Shown here piece by piece: positions 41,531 to 51,616 of a DNA stretch of 64,000 bases. The notes under the pieces are model-generated. The model did no database searches. It was not told the origin of the DNA and saw only the letters and a list, made by a program, of their open reading frames with translations. The DNA is from an uncultured Chloroflexia bacterium (lineage in GTDB: Bacteria > Chloroflexota > Limnocylindria > Limnocylindrales > CSP1-4): assembly GCA_963819655.1 (NCBI GenBank), contig CAWFXA010000002.1, positions 1,664,001 through 1,728,000 on the forward strand, read 5' to 3'. The position numbers were made by a program, and so were the translations under genes. Each line of letters opens with the position of its first letter. Position 1 is the first letter of the stretch.

Positions 41531-42943
41531 GTGACCACACGTATCGTCGATCCGGACGACGTCGCCCCGGCCGTCGCCGACCTCGACACGATCGTGTCGC
41601 TATCGAAGCGACGCGGCTTCATCTATCCATCGTCCGAGATCTACGGCGGCATCAACGCCGTGTGGGATTACGGGCCGCTCGGTGTCGAGCTCAAGAACAA
41701 CGTCAAGAGGGCGTGGTGGCGTGCCATGGTCCAGGAGCGCGACGACATCGTCGGGCTCGACGCCGGCATCCTCATGCACCCCCAGGTATGGGTGACCTCC
41801 GGGCACGTAGGCTCGTTCAGCGACCCGCTCGTCGAATGCCAGACCGACCACCGGCGATTCCGCCTCGACGAGCTGCCGGGTGCCGAGGGCTTGTCCGCGT
41901 CGGAGCTGCAGGACCCGGGGATCGTCGAGCGGCTCGGTTTGCGCTGCCCCGTGGACGGCGGGCCCCTGTCTGCCCCACGGCGCTTCAACCTGATGTTCAA
42001 GACGTTCATGGGGCCGGTCGAGGACGAGGCAGCGGTCATCTACCTGCGGCCCGAGACGGCGCAAGGCTCGTACGTCAACTTCAAGAACGTCCTGCAGTCG
42101 TCGCGCAAGAAGCTGCCGTTCGGCATCGCCCAGGTCGGCAAGTCGTTCCGCAACGAGATCAGCCCGGGCAACTTCGTCTTCCGGATGCGCGAGTTCGAGC
42201 AGATGGAGATGCAGTACTTCGTCCGGCCCGAGGCCGAAGCCACTGCCGCATTCGAGACTTGGCTGCCCGCGCGACGCGCATGGTACGAGCGGCTCGGGGT
42301 CGACCCGTCACGCCTGCGGCTGCGCGAGCACGCGCCCGACGAGCTCGCGCACTACGCGAAGAAGGCGGTCGACGTCGAATACCGCTTCCCGTTCGGGTGG
42401 AAGGAGCTCGAGGGCGTCCACAATCGCGGCGATTTCGACCTTTCGCGCCACTCCGAGGCGAGCGGCGAGAAGCTCGAGTACTTCGACCAGGCGACTGGCG
42501 AGCACCTGATCCCGTGGGTGGTCGAGACGGCGGCCGGCGCCGACCGTGCCGCCTTCACGTTCCTCATCGACGGGTACCGCGAGGAGGAGGTCCGCGGCGA
42601 GACGCGTGTGTCACTCGCGCTCCACCCGGAGCTCGCGCCCTACAAGGTCGCGGTGCTGCCGCTGCTCAAGAAGCGCCCCGAGATCGTCGAGCTGTGCCAC
42701 AGGATCAAGGCCGACCTGCAACGGCACACCATGGCCGTCTACGACGACACCGCCGCGATCGGCAAGCTGTACCGCCGCCAGGACGAGATCGGCACGCCGT
42801 GGTGCGTCACGGTCGACGTGGAGTCGCTGGAGGATGGGGCGGTGACGGTGCGCGACCGCGATTCGATGGAGCAGGAGCGCGTGCCGGTCGAGGGCGTGAC
42901 GCGGCTCATCCTCGATCGGCTCGAGGCGGCGCGCGCGGGATGA
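41531..42943 (+). CDS. glyQS: Glycine-tRNA ligase, homodimeric type
   Basis: EIYGG, DYGPLG, FNLMF, LRPETAQG, FRNEI.P, REFEQME, YRRQDEIGTP. Confidence 0.97.
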   Translation: MTTRIVDPDDVAPAVADLDTIVSLSKRRGFIYPSSEIYGGINAVWDYGPLGVELKNNVKRAWWRAMVQERDDIVGLDAGILMHPQVWVTSGHVGSFSDPLVECQTDHRRFRLDELPGAEGLSASELQDPGIVERLGLRCPVDGGPLSAPRRFNLMFKTFMGPVEDEAAVIYLRPETAQGSYVNFKNVLQSSRKKLPFGIAQVGKSFRNEISPGNFVFRMREFEQMEMQYFVRPEAEATAAFETWLPARRAWYERLGVDPSRLRLREHAPDELAHYAKKAVDVEYRFPFGWKELEGVHNRGDFDLSRHSEASGEKLEYFDQATGEHLIPWVVETAAGADRAAFTFLIDGYREEEVRGETRVSLALHPELAPYKVAVLPLLKKRPEIVELCHRIKADLQRHTMAVYDDTAAIGKLYRRQDEIGTPWCVTVDVESLEDGAVTVRDRDSMEQERVPVEGVTRLILDRLEAARAG

Positions 42944-43917
42944 CCGCGGCCGACGCGATCAGCCGGTCCGTTGGCGCGTGGCTGGAGACGCTCGATCGCG
43001 ACCAGCGGTCGCGAGCCGTGTTCCCGTTCGACACCGGCGAGCGCATGATCTGGGCGTACACCCCCGGAGAGCGCGCGGGCCTCGCGCTGGCGGACATGCG
43101 ACCCGGTCAGCGAACTGGCGCCATGCGGATCGTCGCCGCGGCCATGAGCGAGCGCGGCGCACGGGAGGTCGCGGACATCATCGCCCTCGAGACGATCCTC
43201 GGGGCGCTCGAGCAGGAAGGGGGTCGCGGCGGCTGGCTGCGGCGCGACCCGGAGAAGTACTGGTTCGCCGTCTTCGGCGACGCGGCGGGCGACGAGCCAT
43301 GGTCGTGGCGGATCGGCGGGCACCATATCGCGATCCAGCTGACGCTCCTCGGGCAGCGGGTCGTCGGCAGCACACCGTCGTTCCTGGGCGCCAACCCGGC
43401 GGTCGTCCCGAGTGGCCCTCGTTCTGGCGCGCGAGCGCTCACCGGGGAGGAGACACTCGCCCGCGAGCTGTTGCTGAGCCTGCCGCCGGATGTGCGGGCC
43501 ATCGCGGTGGTCGATCCCGTCGCACCGCCGGACATCATGAGCGGCAACGGCGCGCGCGCCGACATGCGCTCGATCCCGAGCGGGATCCGCTACGACGCAC
43601 TCGGGCGCGCCGAACAGGAAGGGCTGGAACGGCTGATCGGCCTCTACGTCGGGCGCGTGGCGGAGGACATCGCTGCGGCCGAGTGGGCGCGGATCGAAGA
43701 AGCGGGGCTCGGCGCGACGACGTTCGCGTGGGCGGGCCCGGCGGAACCGGGTCGCGGCCACTACTACGCGATCCGCGGGCCCGAGTTCCTGATCGAGTAC
43801 GACAACACCCAGAACGACGCGAACCACATCCACGCGGTCTGGCGCGACCTGACGAACGACTGGGCTGCAGACGCCTTGGCGGCGCACTACGGTTCGCATC
43901 ACGCGCGCGGCTCATGA
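42940..43917 (+). CDS. DUF3500-like protein
   Basis: WSWRIGGHH, FLGANP, IEYDNTQNDANHIHAVWRD recalled for this family. Confidence 0.8.
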   Translation: MTAADAISRSVGAWLETLDRDQRSRAVFPFDTGERMIWAYTPGERAGLALADMRPGQRTGAMRIVAAAMSERGAREVADIIALETILGALEQEGGRGGWLRRDPEKYWFAVFGDAAGDEPWSWRIGGHHIAIQLTLLGQRVVGSTPSFLGANPAVVPSGPRSGARALTGEETLARELLLSLPPDVRAIAVVDPVAPPDIMSGNGARADMRSIPSGIRYDALGRAEQEGLERLIGLYVGRVAEDIAAAEWARIEEAGLGATTFAWAGPAEPGRGHYYAIRGPEFLIEYDNTQNDANHIHAVWRDLTNDWAADALAAHYGSHHARGS

Positions 43918-44009
43918 CGTTGGCACTCAGGTCGTAGACTCGGTTCCGGTCTGCGGCTCTCCGCGCGGTGCCTACCGTTCGGATCGGCCTCGGACGAGGG
44001 AGGTATGCC

Positions 44010-44294
44010 ATGTTCGGGATCTTCGGGGCGATCCTGCCCAGGTTCGCGTTGCTGGCCGGCTGGTACAACGATCCAACCTATTGGAACGCCGTCTTCGGTT
44101 CGCAGCTGTTCCTGCTGCTCGGCTTCGTCGCGCTGCCCTGGACGACGCTCATCTATGGCCTGGTCTCCCCGAACGGCCTCGGCATCGTCAACATCATCTT
44201 CCTTCTGCTGGCCGTGCTGGCCGACCTCGGCACCTGGGGCATCGGCATCTTCGCGGCGCGCAAGCAGACCTCGAGTTCGTACCGGGGGACCTGA
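44010..44294 (+). CDS. Small membrane protein (94 aa)
   Basis: GGAGG RBS; hydrophobic; PR...LGFVALPWTTL motif. Confidence 0.75.
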   Translation: MFGIFGAILPRFALLAGWYNDPTYWNAVFGSQLFLLLGFVALPWTTLIYGLVSPNGLGIVNIIFLLLAVLADLGTWGIGIFAARKQTSSSYRGT

Positions 44295-44368
44295 CCCGCG
44301 ATCGGCCAGCCGGGGCGACGGGTCATCCGCCGGCCGCGCGCTTCTTGGTCCCGCCGTACCATCCGCTG

Positions 44369-45912
44369 ATGCTTGGCGGTGATCGTCCTGGGTCGCCCTG
44401 CTGACGCGGATCCCGCTGCACCCGCTCCTGTTCGCCGCGTACGCGGTCCTGTTCCTCTATTCCGCGAACCTCGCCCTGGTTCTTCCCGTCGACGCGGCCG
44501 CGCCGGTGGCTCGGGCCGTGATCGCTGCCGCGTCTCTGACCGCCTTCATGGGGCTGGTCCTCCGCGACGTCCGTAAGGGGGCGATCGTCGCGTCGGCGGT
44601 CGTGATCGCGTACTTCGTGTTCGGGCACGTCCGGGGGTTCCTGTCCGGTCTCGGCCTGGGTGACGCGGCCCAGCTCGGACTGTGGGGCGTCGTCGTGGCC
44701 GTGACGCTCTTCCTCGCCGCGCGCGCGTCGGCGAGATTGCCGCAGGCGACCGCTGGACTCAACGTATTCGCGATCGTCCTCGTGGTCATCGCCACCGCGA
44801 CGATCCTGCCGTACGAAATCACTCGTGCTCGTCGGGAGCCGATCGCACACGCGGCCCCCATCGCCGCCGCAACCGGCGCCGCGCCGGGGCGTGACATCTA
44901 CTTCCTGGTCTTCGACCGATACGGCTCGGCAGACGCCCTCGAGCGCCGCTTCGACATCACCGACAACGACCTGTACGGCTGGCTCGAGGAGCGCGGGTTT
45001 CACGTCCCGTCGAGCAGCCACGCGAACTATCGGGCCACGGACTTCTCACTGGCAGCCACGCTCAACATGCAGTTGTTGGACAACCTGACCCGCGAAGTCG
45101 GCCGCGACTCCGACGATCGGACGGCGGCGCAGGACATGATCCGGGAGCACGAGGTTGGCCGCTTCCTGAAGTCGCAGGGATATCGCTACTACCAGATCGG
45201 ATCCTGGTACGGCCCGTCCCGTTCGATCGAGATCGCCGATGAGAACCTCGTGTACGGCGTGGCCAGCGAGTTCGAGTCCGTCTTGAACGACCTGACCATC
45301 ATGCCCGCGATCGACCGCGTCCGTGGGGTGGTGAGCCGCGAGCCGACGTTCCGCGACCGCCATCGGGAGGGAAGCTTGTTCGCGTTTCGTCAGTTGCGCC
45401 GGGTGGCGACTGCGCCGGGCCCGAAATTCGTGTTCGCGCACATCCTCCTGCCACACGACCCTTACGTGTTCAAGGCCGACGGCTCGCCACTGTCCGAAGA
45501 GGAAGCAAACGGCGCGCCGGAGCCACAGCTCTACGCCGATCACCTCGCGTATGCCAACTCGCAGATCAAGCAGATCGTCGGCCAACTGCTCGCTGGCCCC
45601 GTGGAGACCCGGCCGATCGTGATCATCGAGGGCGACGAGGGGCCGTTGATGTGCCGGTCCGTGGACTGCGTGACGAGCACGGGGGAATATCTGCGGATCC
45701 GGCTCGGGAACCTGGTCGCGATGTACCTGCCGGGCGTGGACGCAGTGATTCCCGACACGTTCACCTCGGTCAACACCTTCAGGGTCGTGTTACGTGAATA
45801 CTTCGGCGCCGAGCTTGAGCCACTTCCCGATCGCAGCTTCACGTGGCCCGACAACGATCACATCTACGACTTCAGGGACGTGACCGACCAGATCGTTGCA
45901 TCGGGCGAGTGA
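44369..45912 (+). CDS. Membrane-anchored alkaline-phosphatase/sulfatase-superfamily protein (NoeB-like); 5' end apparently frameshifted near 44396
   Basis: About five TMs from HPLLFAAY (44401+), then YFLVFDRYG, NY..T..SL, HILLPHDPY, GDEG; in-frame stop at 44380 and no canonical start until 44506. Confidence 0.78.
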
Positions 45913-45972
45913 TGCGAATTCCTTTCCCGCGGTATCCTCCGGTCCTTCCAGATCCGAGCCTGGAGGTCCGAG

Positions 45973-46156
45973 CATGTCCCCATTCCTGGCGTACATCGAC
46001 CCCGGCTCAGGCAGCCTGATCATCCAGGCGGCAATCGCGGCCGTTATCGCCATCCCGATCTTCTTCCGCTCGCAGATCGCTCGCGCGATACGGGCGCTTC
46101 GGCGCTCTGAGGAGCGCGAGCCAACAAGCGGGGATGACGCTGCCACCAAGCCTTGA
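45973..46156 (+). CDS. 60-aa single-TM micro-protein with AYIDPGSGS motif
   Basis: GGAGG RBS; MSPFLAYIDPGSGSLIIQ + hydrophobic helix + basic stretch. Confidence 0.85.
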
Positions 46157-47577
46157 CCTGCACGACGCCGTCGCGCGGCACGTCGTCGGCACATCTGACG
46201 GTCGTGACGGGGCGTCGTTCCGTGATCCGAGTGGGTTCGTCTTCTGGCGCGATGGTCAGCCATACCGCCAGATCCAGCGAACATTCGCGACCGAGTGGGA
46301 TGCGTTCGAGGCAAGCGCGCTCAAGCCGCGGCTCATCGACCAGCGACGGCTGATCGGGCATGAGCCGGCTGGTCTCGACCTTGCGGCGGCGCCAGGCGCA
46401 CACGCGGTCATTCGACCCGAGCGGATCGAGTTCATCAGTTATCCCTACGAGTGGACGTTCGGCGAGCTGCGCGAGGCCGCGCTACTGACGCTCGATATCC
46501 AGCTCGAGGCCATGGCTGTCGGCTGGACCCTCAAGGATGCGTCGGCCTACAACATCCAGTTCCACGAGGCCCGCCCGATCCACATCGATTTCGGCGTCGT
46601 TCGAACCGCTCGACGATGGCGCGCCGTGGATCGCCTACCGCCAGTTCTGCGAGCAGTTCCTGGGGCCGCTCGCGCTTGCCGCAAGGCGCGATGTTCGGCT
46701 CTCGGACCTGCTCCGGCTCGGCCCCGACGGGATCCCGCTCGATCTGGCGAGCCGGCTGCTGCCGTGGCGGACGCGGTTCGAGTTCGGGCTCCTCTCGCAC
46801 GTGCATCTCCATGCTCGAGCCCAGATTCGTCACGCCGCGAACCAGGAAGAGAACGGGCGGCAGGCGCGGAACGCCCGACTCCCCCGGGCGCGCCTGGAGG
46901 GGCTCATCCGGAATCTCCGCTCGACCGTCGCGGGGCTCGACTGGCACCCAGGCGGGACGGAGTGGGCCGACTACGCCGAGCACACGAGCTACGGCGACCG
47001 GGCGGCGGCGGACAAGGACCGCCTGGTCGACGGGTTCGTGCGCGAGGTGCCAGGACCGCGCATGTGGGACCTCGGCGCCAACACCGGTCGCTTCAGCCAG
47101 ATCGCGGCCGACGCGGGCAAGCGCGTCGTCGCCTTCGACATCGATCAAGCGGCTGCCGAGCGTCACTTTCGGGCGGTCCGCCAGGCGGGGCGAACCGATA
47201 TATTGCCGCTCGTCGCCGATATCGCGAACCCGAGCCCGGCACTCGGCTGGGCCGGACGCGAGCGGCGCTCGCTCCTCGAGCGCGCCGACGCGGATGCGAT
47301 CCTCGCGCTCGCCCTCGTCCACCACCTCGCGATCGCCCGGAACGTGCCGCTGCCGATGGTGTTCGACCTGTTCGCAGACCTTGCTCCGTGGGCGATCGTC
47401 GAGTTCGTGCCCAAGGACGACCCGATGGTCCGGCGGCTCCTGGCGACGCGACGTGACGTCTTCGCCGGCTACGACCTGGACGGGTTCCGTGTGGCCGCGG
47501 CGACTCGTTTCGTGATCGTCCGAGAGGCGCCCATAGCGGACAGCGTCCGAGTGCTGTTCCTGCTGCGCCGCCGCTGA
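46134..47577 (+). CDS. NoeA-like kinase-fold/SAM methyltransferase fusion, split by one extra base near 46590
   Basis: First frame: SFRDPSGFV, SYPYEW, LKDASAYNIQF, HID; second frame: SFEP..W.AYRQFC, WDLGANTG, ALVHHL, EFVPK. Confidence 0.82.
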
Positions 47578-47657
47578 TCCCGCGACAGGCCGATCGGCAT
47601 GGAACGTTCAGACCCCCACCGACGACTACTAGCTAAGCGCGAGAAACCGCCGCGCCG

Positions 47658-48545
47658 CTATTCGTCCTCGGCAGCCGCCGCCGCGTCCGCTGCGCCGGCC
47701 ACGCCACGAGGTTCCTTGCCCTTCGGCCAATACAGCTCCTTCTTGACCGCGGTCTCCGGGAGACCGAGCCCGAGCAGGGTTTCCTCGGCGGCAAGGATCA
47801 TGTCCGGGTTGCCGCACAGGTAGGCGATCGTGTCGTCGGGCCGGAGGCCCAGGTCCGCGAACACCGGCGCGACAACGGACTCGGCACGGCCCGTGCGTCC
47901 GGTCCAGTCCGCATTGGACGGATCAGTCGGTCGCGAGACGGTCGGCACGAACGTCACCGGGTACTCCCCGCTGGACTCCCAGCCCTCCAGCAACTCCCGG
48001 TAGCCCAGATCGCGGACGTGGGACACGCCATTGATGAACACTGCTCGTCGCGGCGTCCCGTCGGCCAGCATCTGACGCATCATCGACACGAACGGCGCGT
48101 TGCCCGTCCCCGATGAGATGAACAGGTGCGTCCGGTCGTCATCGGGCTCGAGCAGGAACTTGCCCTTCGGCCCGATCATCCGCATCCGCTGGCCGGTCGG
48201 CAGGTCCCACAGCACCGGAGTGAACGTCCCGCCCTGGACGAGCCGCAGATAGAACTCATAGCCGGTCGACCCGGCCGCGTTCGGCGGCGACGCGACCGAA
48301 TACGGCCTCTGGACGATCTTCCCGTCGACGAAGACGCCGATCGTCATGTATTGCCCGGGCTCGAACGGCGTGGGGTTCTCGTCGAACTTCACCCAGAAGT
48401 AGCCGAGGCTGTCGTGCTGATCGACGCGATCGATGAGCGTCGCGTTGTAGCGCTCGTCATCGGTCGCGATCTCACCGGTCGGAGCGTCGCTCGGGGCTGC
48501 GGCTGTGGCGGCGTCTGGGGCTGTGGTCGGGGCCGTCTCGGTCAC
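47658..48545 (-). CDS. Ferredoxin-NADP+ reductase family flavoprotein
   Basis: FEPGQY, RPYSVAS, SGTGNAPF, YLCGNP, ELYW. Confidence 0.92.
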   Translation of the reverse strand: MTETAPTTAPDAATAAAPSDAPTGEIATDDERYNATLIDRVDQHDSLGYFWVKFDENPTPFEPGQYMTIGVFVDGKIVQRPYSVASPPNAAGSTGYEFYLRLVQGGTFTPVLWDLPTGQRMRMIGPKGKFLLEPDDDRTHLFISSGTGNAPFVSMMRQMLADGTPRRAVFINGVSHVRDLGYRELLEGWESSGEYPVTFVPTVSRPTDPSNADWTGRTGRAESVVAPVFADLGLRPDDTIAYLCGNPDMILAAEETLLGLGLPETAVKKELYWPKGKEPRGVAGAADAAAAAEDE

Positions 48546-48704
48546 GCGACGGATGGTACCCGGCCGAGCGGCGCGAACGCGGGCAGGGCTCCGAAGCTCG
48601 CCACGCACCCGCGGCTGAGAGGCACGGACGGCGACGGTACAATCGCGGAACCCTCGTGACCCTCGCGGGCTGTTCGCCCGCCGCCCCCGGAGGACCCGTC
48701 GACG

Positions 48705-51497
48705 ATGACCACCACCACGCCACGGCCGGAGACTGCCGACCGGCCCCACACGGCGGCCAAGCGCTACATCTATGCCTGGGGTGATGGCGGCGCCGAGGGG
48801 AACGCCCAGATGCGCGACCTCCTGGGCGGCAAGGGGGCCGGCCTCGCCGAGATGACGATCGCGGGGCTGCCCACCCCGCCGGGCTTCACGATCACGACCG
48901 AGGCCTGCAACGACTACTTCGCCAACGGCGAACGCTTGCCCGACGGGCTGTGGGACGACGTCCTCGAGGCGGTCACGGAAGTGGAGCGAAGGACAGGCAA
49001 GGGCTTCGGCGATCCCGCCAACCCACTCCTTGTGAGCGTACGGTCCGGTGCCAAGTTCTCGATGCCCGGGATGATGGACACGGTCCTCAACCTGGGCCTC
49101 AACGAGAAGACGTCGCAGGGTCTCATCGCGCTGACCGGCAACGAGCGGTTCGGGTGGGATGCCTACCGGCGTTTCATCCAGATGTTCGGGCGGATCGTGA
49201 TGGAGGTCAGCGGCGAGCGCTTCGACCACGCCCTCGAGGCGGCCAAGGGGAAGCACGGCGCACAGCAGGACACGGACCTCGACGCCGCCGCGCTGAAGGA
49301 TCTCGTCGCCGAGTTCAGATCGATCGTGAAGGCCGATACGGGCCGCGACTTCCCGGAGGACCCGTCCGAGCAGCTCGATCTCGCGATCAAGGCCGTGTTC
49401 GCGAGCTGGTTCGGCAAGCGCGCCCGCGATTACCGCAAGAACCAGGCCATCCCCGACGACCTCGGCACGGCGGTCAACGTCGTGACGATGGTCTTCGGCA
49501 ACATGGGTGACGACTCCGGGACGGGCGTCGCGTTCACGAGGGACCCGAACACGGGCGAGAAGGTCCTCTTCGGCGAGTACCTCACCAACGCCCAGGGCGA
49601 GGACGTCGTCGCCGGCATCCGGACCGCCCCGAAGATCGCCCAGATGCAGACCGAGATGCCGGAGGTCTACGCCGAGTTCCAGCGCATCGGCCAGCAGCTC
49701 GAGTCCCATTACCGCGACGTCCAGGACCTCGAGTTCACGATCGAGCGCGGCCGCCTGTACATGCTCCAGACACGGTCCGCGAAGCGGACGGCGGCCGCGG
49801 CGGTGCGCATCGCCGCCGACATGGTCGCGGAAGGCACGATCACCAAGGAAGAGGCGATCGCCCGGATCGAGCCTGCCCACGTCGACCAGCTGCTGCGCGA
49901 TCAGTTCGACCCGGGCGGCCTGCAGGCGGCCACCAGGATCGCCAAGGGCCTCAACGCCTCGCCGGGGGCCGCCGTCGGCCGTGCCGTGTTCAGTGCCGAC
50001 ACCGCCGTCGAATGGGTCGAGCGCGGTGAGAAGGTCATCCTCGTCCGCATCGAGACGTCGCCCGACGATTTCCACGGGATGGCCGTCGCGCAGGGGATCC
50101 TGACCGCCCGCGGCGGTGCCACCAGCCACGCCGCCGTCGTCGCCCGCCAGATCGGCAAGCCGTGCGTGGCCGGCTGCGCGGAGCTCATCATCGACTACGG
50201 CGCGAAGACCGCTCGCAGCTCCGACAGCGGCGTCACGTTCACTGAAGGCGACGCGATCAGCCTCGACGGTGCGACCGGCACGGTCTACCAGGGCGCGATC
50301 CCGACCGTCAGCGCCCGTTTCGAGGACCAGCCCGAGCTCCAGAAGGTGCTCGGCTGGGCCGACGAGATCCGTCGGATGGAGGTCTGGACCAACGCCGACA
50401 AGCCCGAGGAGGCCGCCCAGGCACGCGGCTACGGGGCGCAAGGCATCGGGTTGTGCCGCACCGAGCACATGTTCCGCGAGGGTGAGCGATTGGAGATCGT
50501 GCGTGACGCGATCCTGGTCGCGAGCCAGGCCACCCGGGCCAAGGCCAGGAAGGCAGCCGGCGACCCGCTGAGCGACGACGACACCGAGGCGATCGGCCGC
50601 TTCGACGCCGCGATGACCAAGCTCGAGGCCCTCCAGCAGGGCGACTTCGAGGGCATCTTCCGGGCGATGGATGGCCTGCCCGTCGTCATCCGGTTGATCG
50701 ACCCGCCGCTGCACGAGTTCCTGCCCAACCTCGAGGAGCAGCTCGTCAAGGTCACCCGGGCCGAGGACGCCGGCGGCGCCAGCGAGGAGGACAAGGAGCT
50801 CCTCGCGACGATCAAGTCGCTGCACGAGCAGAACCCGATGCTCGGGCTGCGTGGTGTCCGCCTCGGCCTGATGTTCCCGGACTTCGTGAAGGTCCAGACC
50901 CGGGCGATCCTCAACGCCCAGATCGCGGTCAAGCGAGCCGGCGGCAACCCGATCGCCAAGATCATGATCCCCCTCGTCGGCCACGCCAACGAGCTCAAGC
51001 GGACCAAGGAGCTGCTCGAGGCGGAGGTCGAGGCCGTCGAGGCCGCGGCCGGCGGCGTCGATGTCGACTACAAGTTCGGCACGATGATCGAGGTGCCACG
51101 CGGCGCCCTGACGGCCGACGAGATCGCGAAGGACGCGGCGTTCTTCAGCTTCGGCACGAACGACCTGACTCAGATGACGTTCGGCTACAGCCGGGACGAC
51201 GCCGAGGGCGGATTCCTCCTCAAGTACGTCGAGGAAGGCATCCTGCCGGTCAACCCGTTCCAGACCCTGGACGACGCGGTGGCCGGCCTGATGAAGGTCG
51301 CCGTCGACAAGGGCCGCGCGACCCGGCCGGATCTCGAGATCGGGATCTGCGGCGAGCACGGTGGCGACCCAGCGTCGATCTTCAAATGCGAGGCGCTCGG
51401 GCTCGACTACGTATCGTGCTCACCGTTCCGCGTCCCCATCGCCCGTCTGGCCGCGGCGCAGGCGGCACTGACCGCGGCCGCCGAACGGGACAAGTGA
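48705..51497 (+). CDS. ppdK: Pyruvate, phosphate dikinase
   Basis: LLGGKGAGL, SVRSGA..SMPGMM, GGATSHAA, GLCRTEHM, SFGTNDL, ICGEHGG. Confidence 0.99.
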   Translation: MTTTTPRPETADRPHTAAKRYIYAWGDGGAEGNAQMRDLLGGKGAGLAEMTIAGLPTPPGFTITTEACNDYFANGERLPDGLWDDVLEAVTEVERRTGKGFGDPANPLLVSVRSGAKFSMPGMMDTVLNLGLNEKTSQGLIALTGNERFGWDAYRRFIQMFGRIVMEVSGERFDHALEAAKGKHGAQQDTDLDAAALKDLVAEFRSIVKADTGRDFPEDPSEQLDLAIKAVFASWFGKRARDYRKNQAIPDDLGTAVNVVTMVFGNMGDDSGTGVAFTRDPNTGEKVLFGEYLTNAQGEDVVAGIRTAPKIAQMQTEMPEVYAEFQRIGQQLESHYRDVQDLEFTIERGRLYMLQTRSAKRTAAAAVRIAADMVAEGTITKEEAIARIEPAHVDQLLRDQFDPGGLQAATRIAKGLNASPGAAVGRAVFSADTAVEWVERGEKVILVRIETSPDDFHGMAVAQGILTARGGATSHAAVVARQIGKPCVAGCAELIIDYGAKTARSSDSGVTFTEGDAISLDGATGTVYQGAIPTVSARFEDQPELQKVLGWADEIRRMEVWTNADKPEEAAQARGYGAQGIGLCRTEHMFREGERLEIVRDAILVASQATRAKARKAAGDPLSDDDTEAIGRFDAAMTKLEALQQGDFEGIFRAMDGLPVVIRLIDPPLHEFLPNLEEQLVKVTRAEDAGGASEEDKELLATIKSLHEQNPMLGLRGVRLGLMFPDFVKVQTRAILNAQIAVKRAGGNPIAKIMIPLVGHANELKRTKELLEAEVEAVEAAAGGVDVDYKFGTMIEVPRGALTADEIAKDAAFFSFGTNDLTQMTFGYSRDDAEGGFLLKYVEEGILPVNPFQTLDDAVAGLMKVAVDKGRATRPDLEIGICGEHGGDPASIFKCEALGLDYVSCSPFRVPIARLAAAQAALTAAAERDK

Positions 51498-51616
51498 GGG
51501 GCTCGCCGCGCGCCTGATACCCGGGGAGCGCAGCCCCGAATCACGAACTGCCCCGAATCTCGATTCCGTGGGTCACACCGGTGTAGTCCGGTGTAGTCTA
51601 AGGATGTGCAGGGGGC

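Noticed and set aside
41662-42939. Long N-terminal extension of the DUF3500 ORF
   Set aside because: Alternate-frame overlap with glyQS; the ATG at 42940 overlapping the glyQS stop is the plausible start.
48546-51359. 1233-aa minus-strand ORF apparently fusing a huge N-terminal region to FNR
   Set aside because: The upstream part is the antisense shadow of ppdK, expected from high-GC codon bias. FNR has its own -10 box and GTG at 48545.
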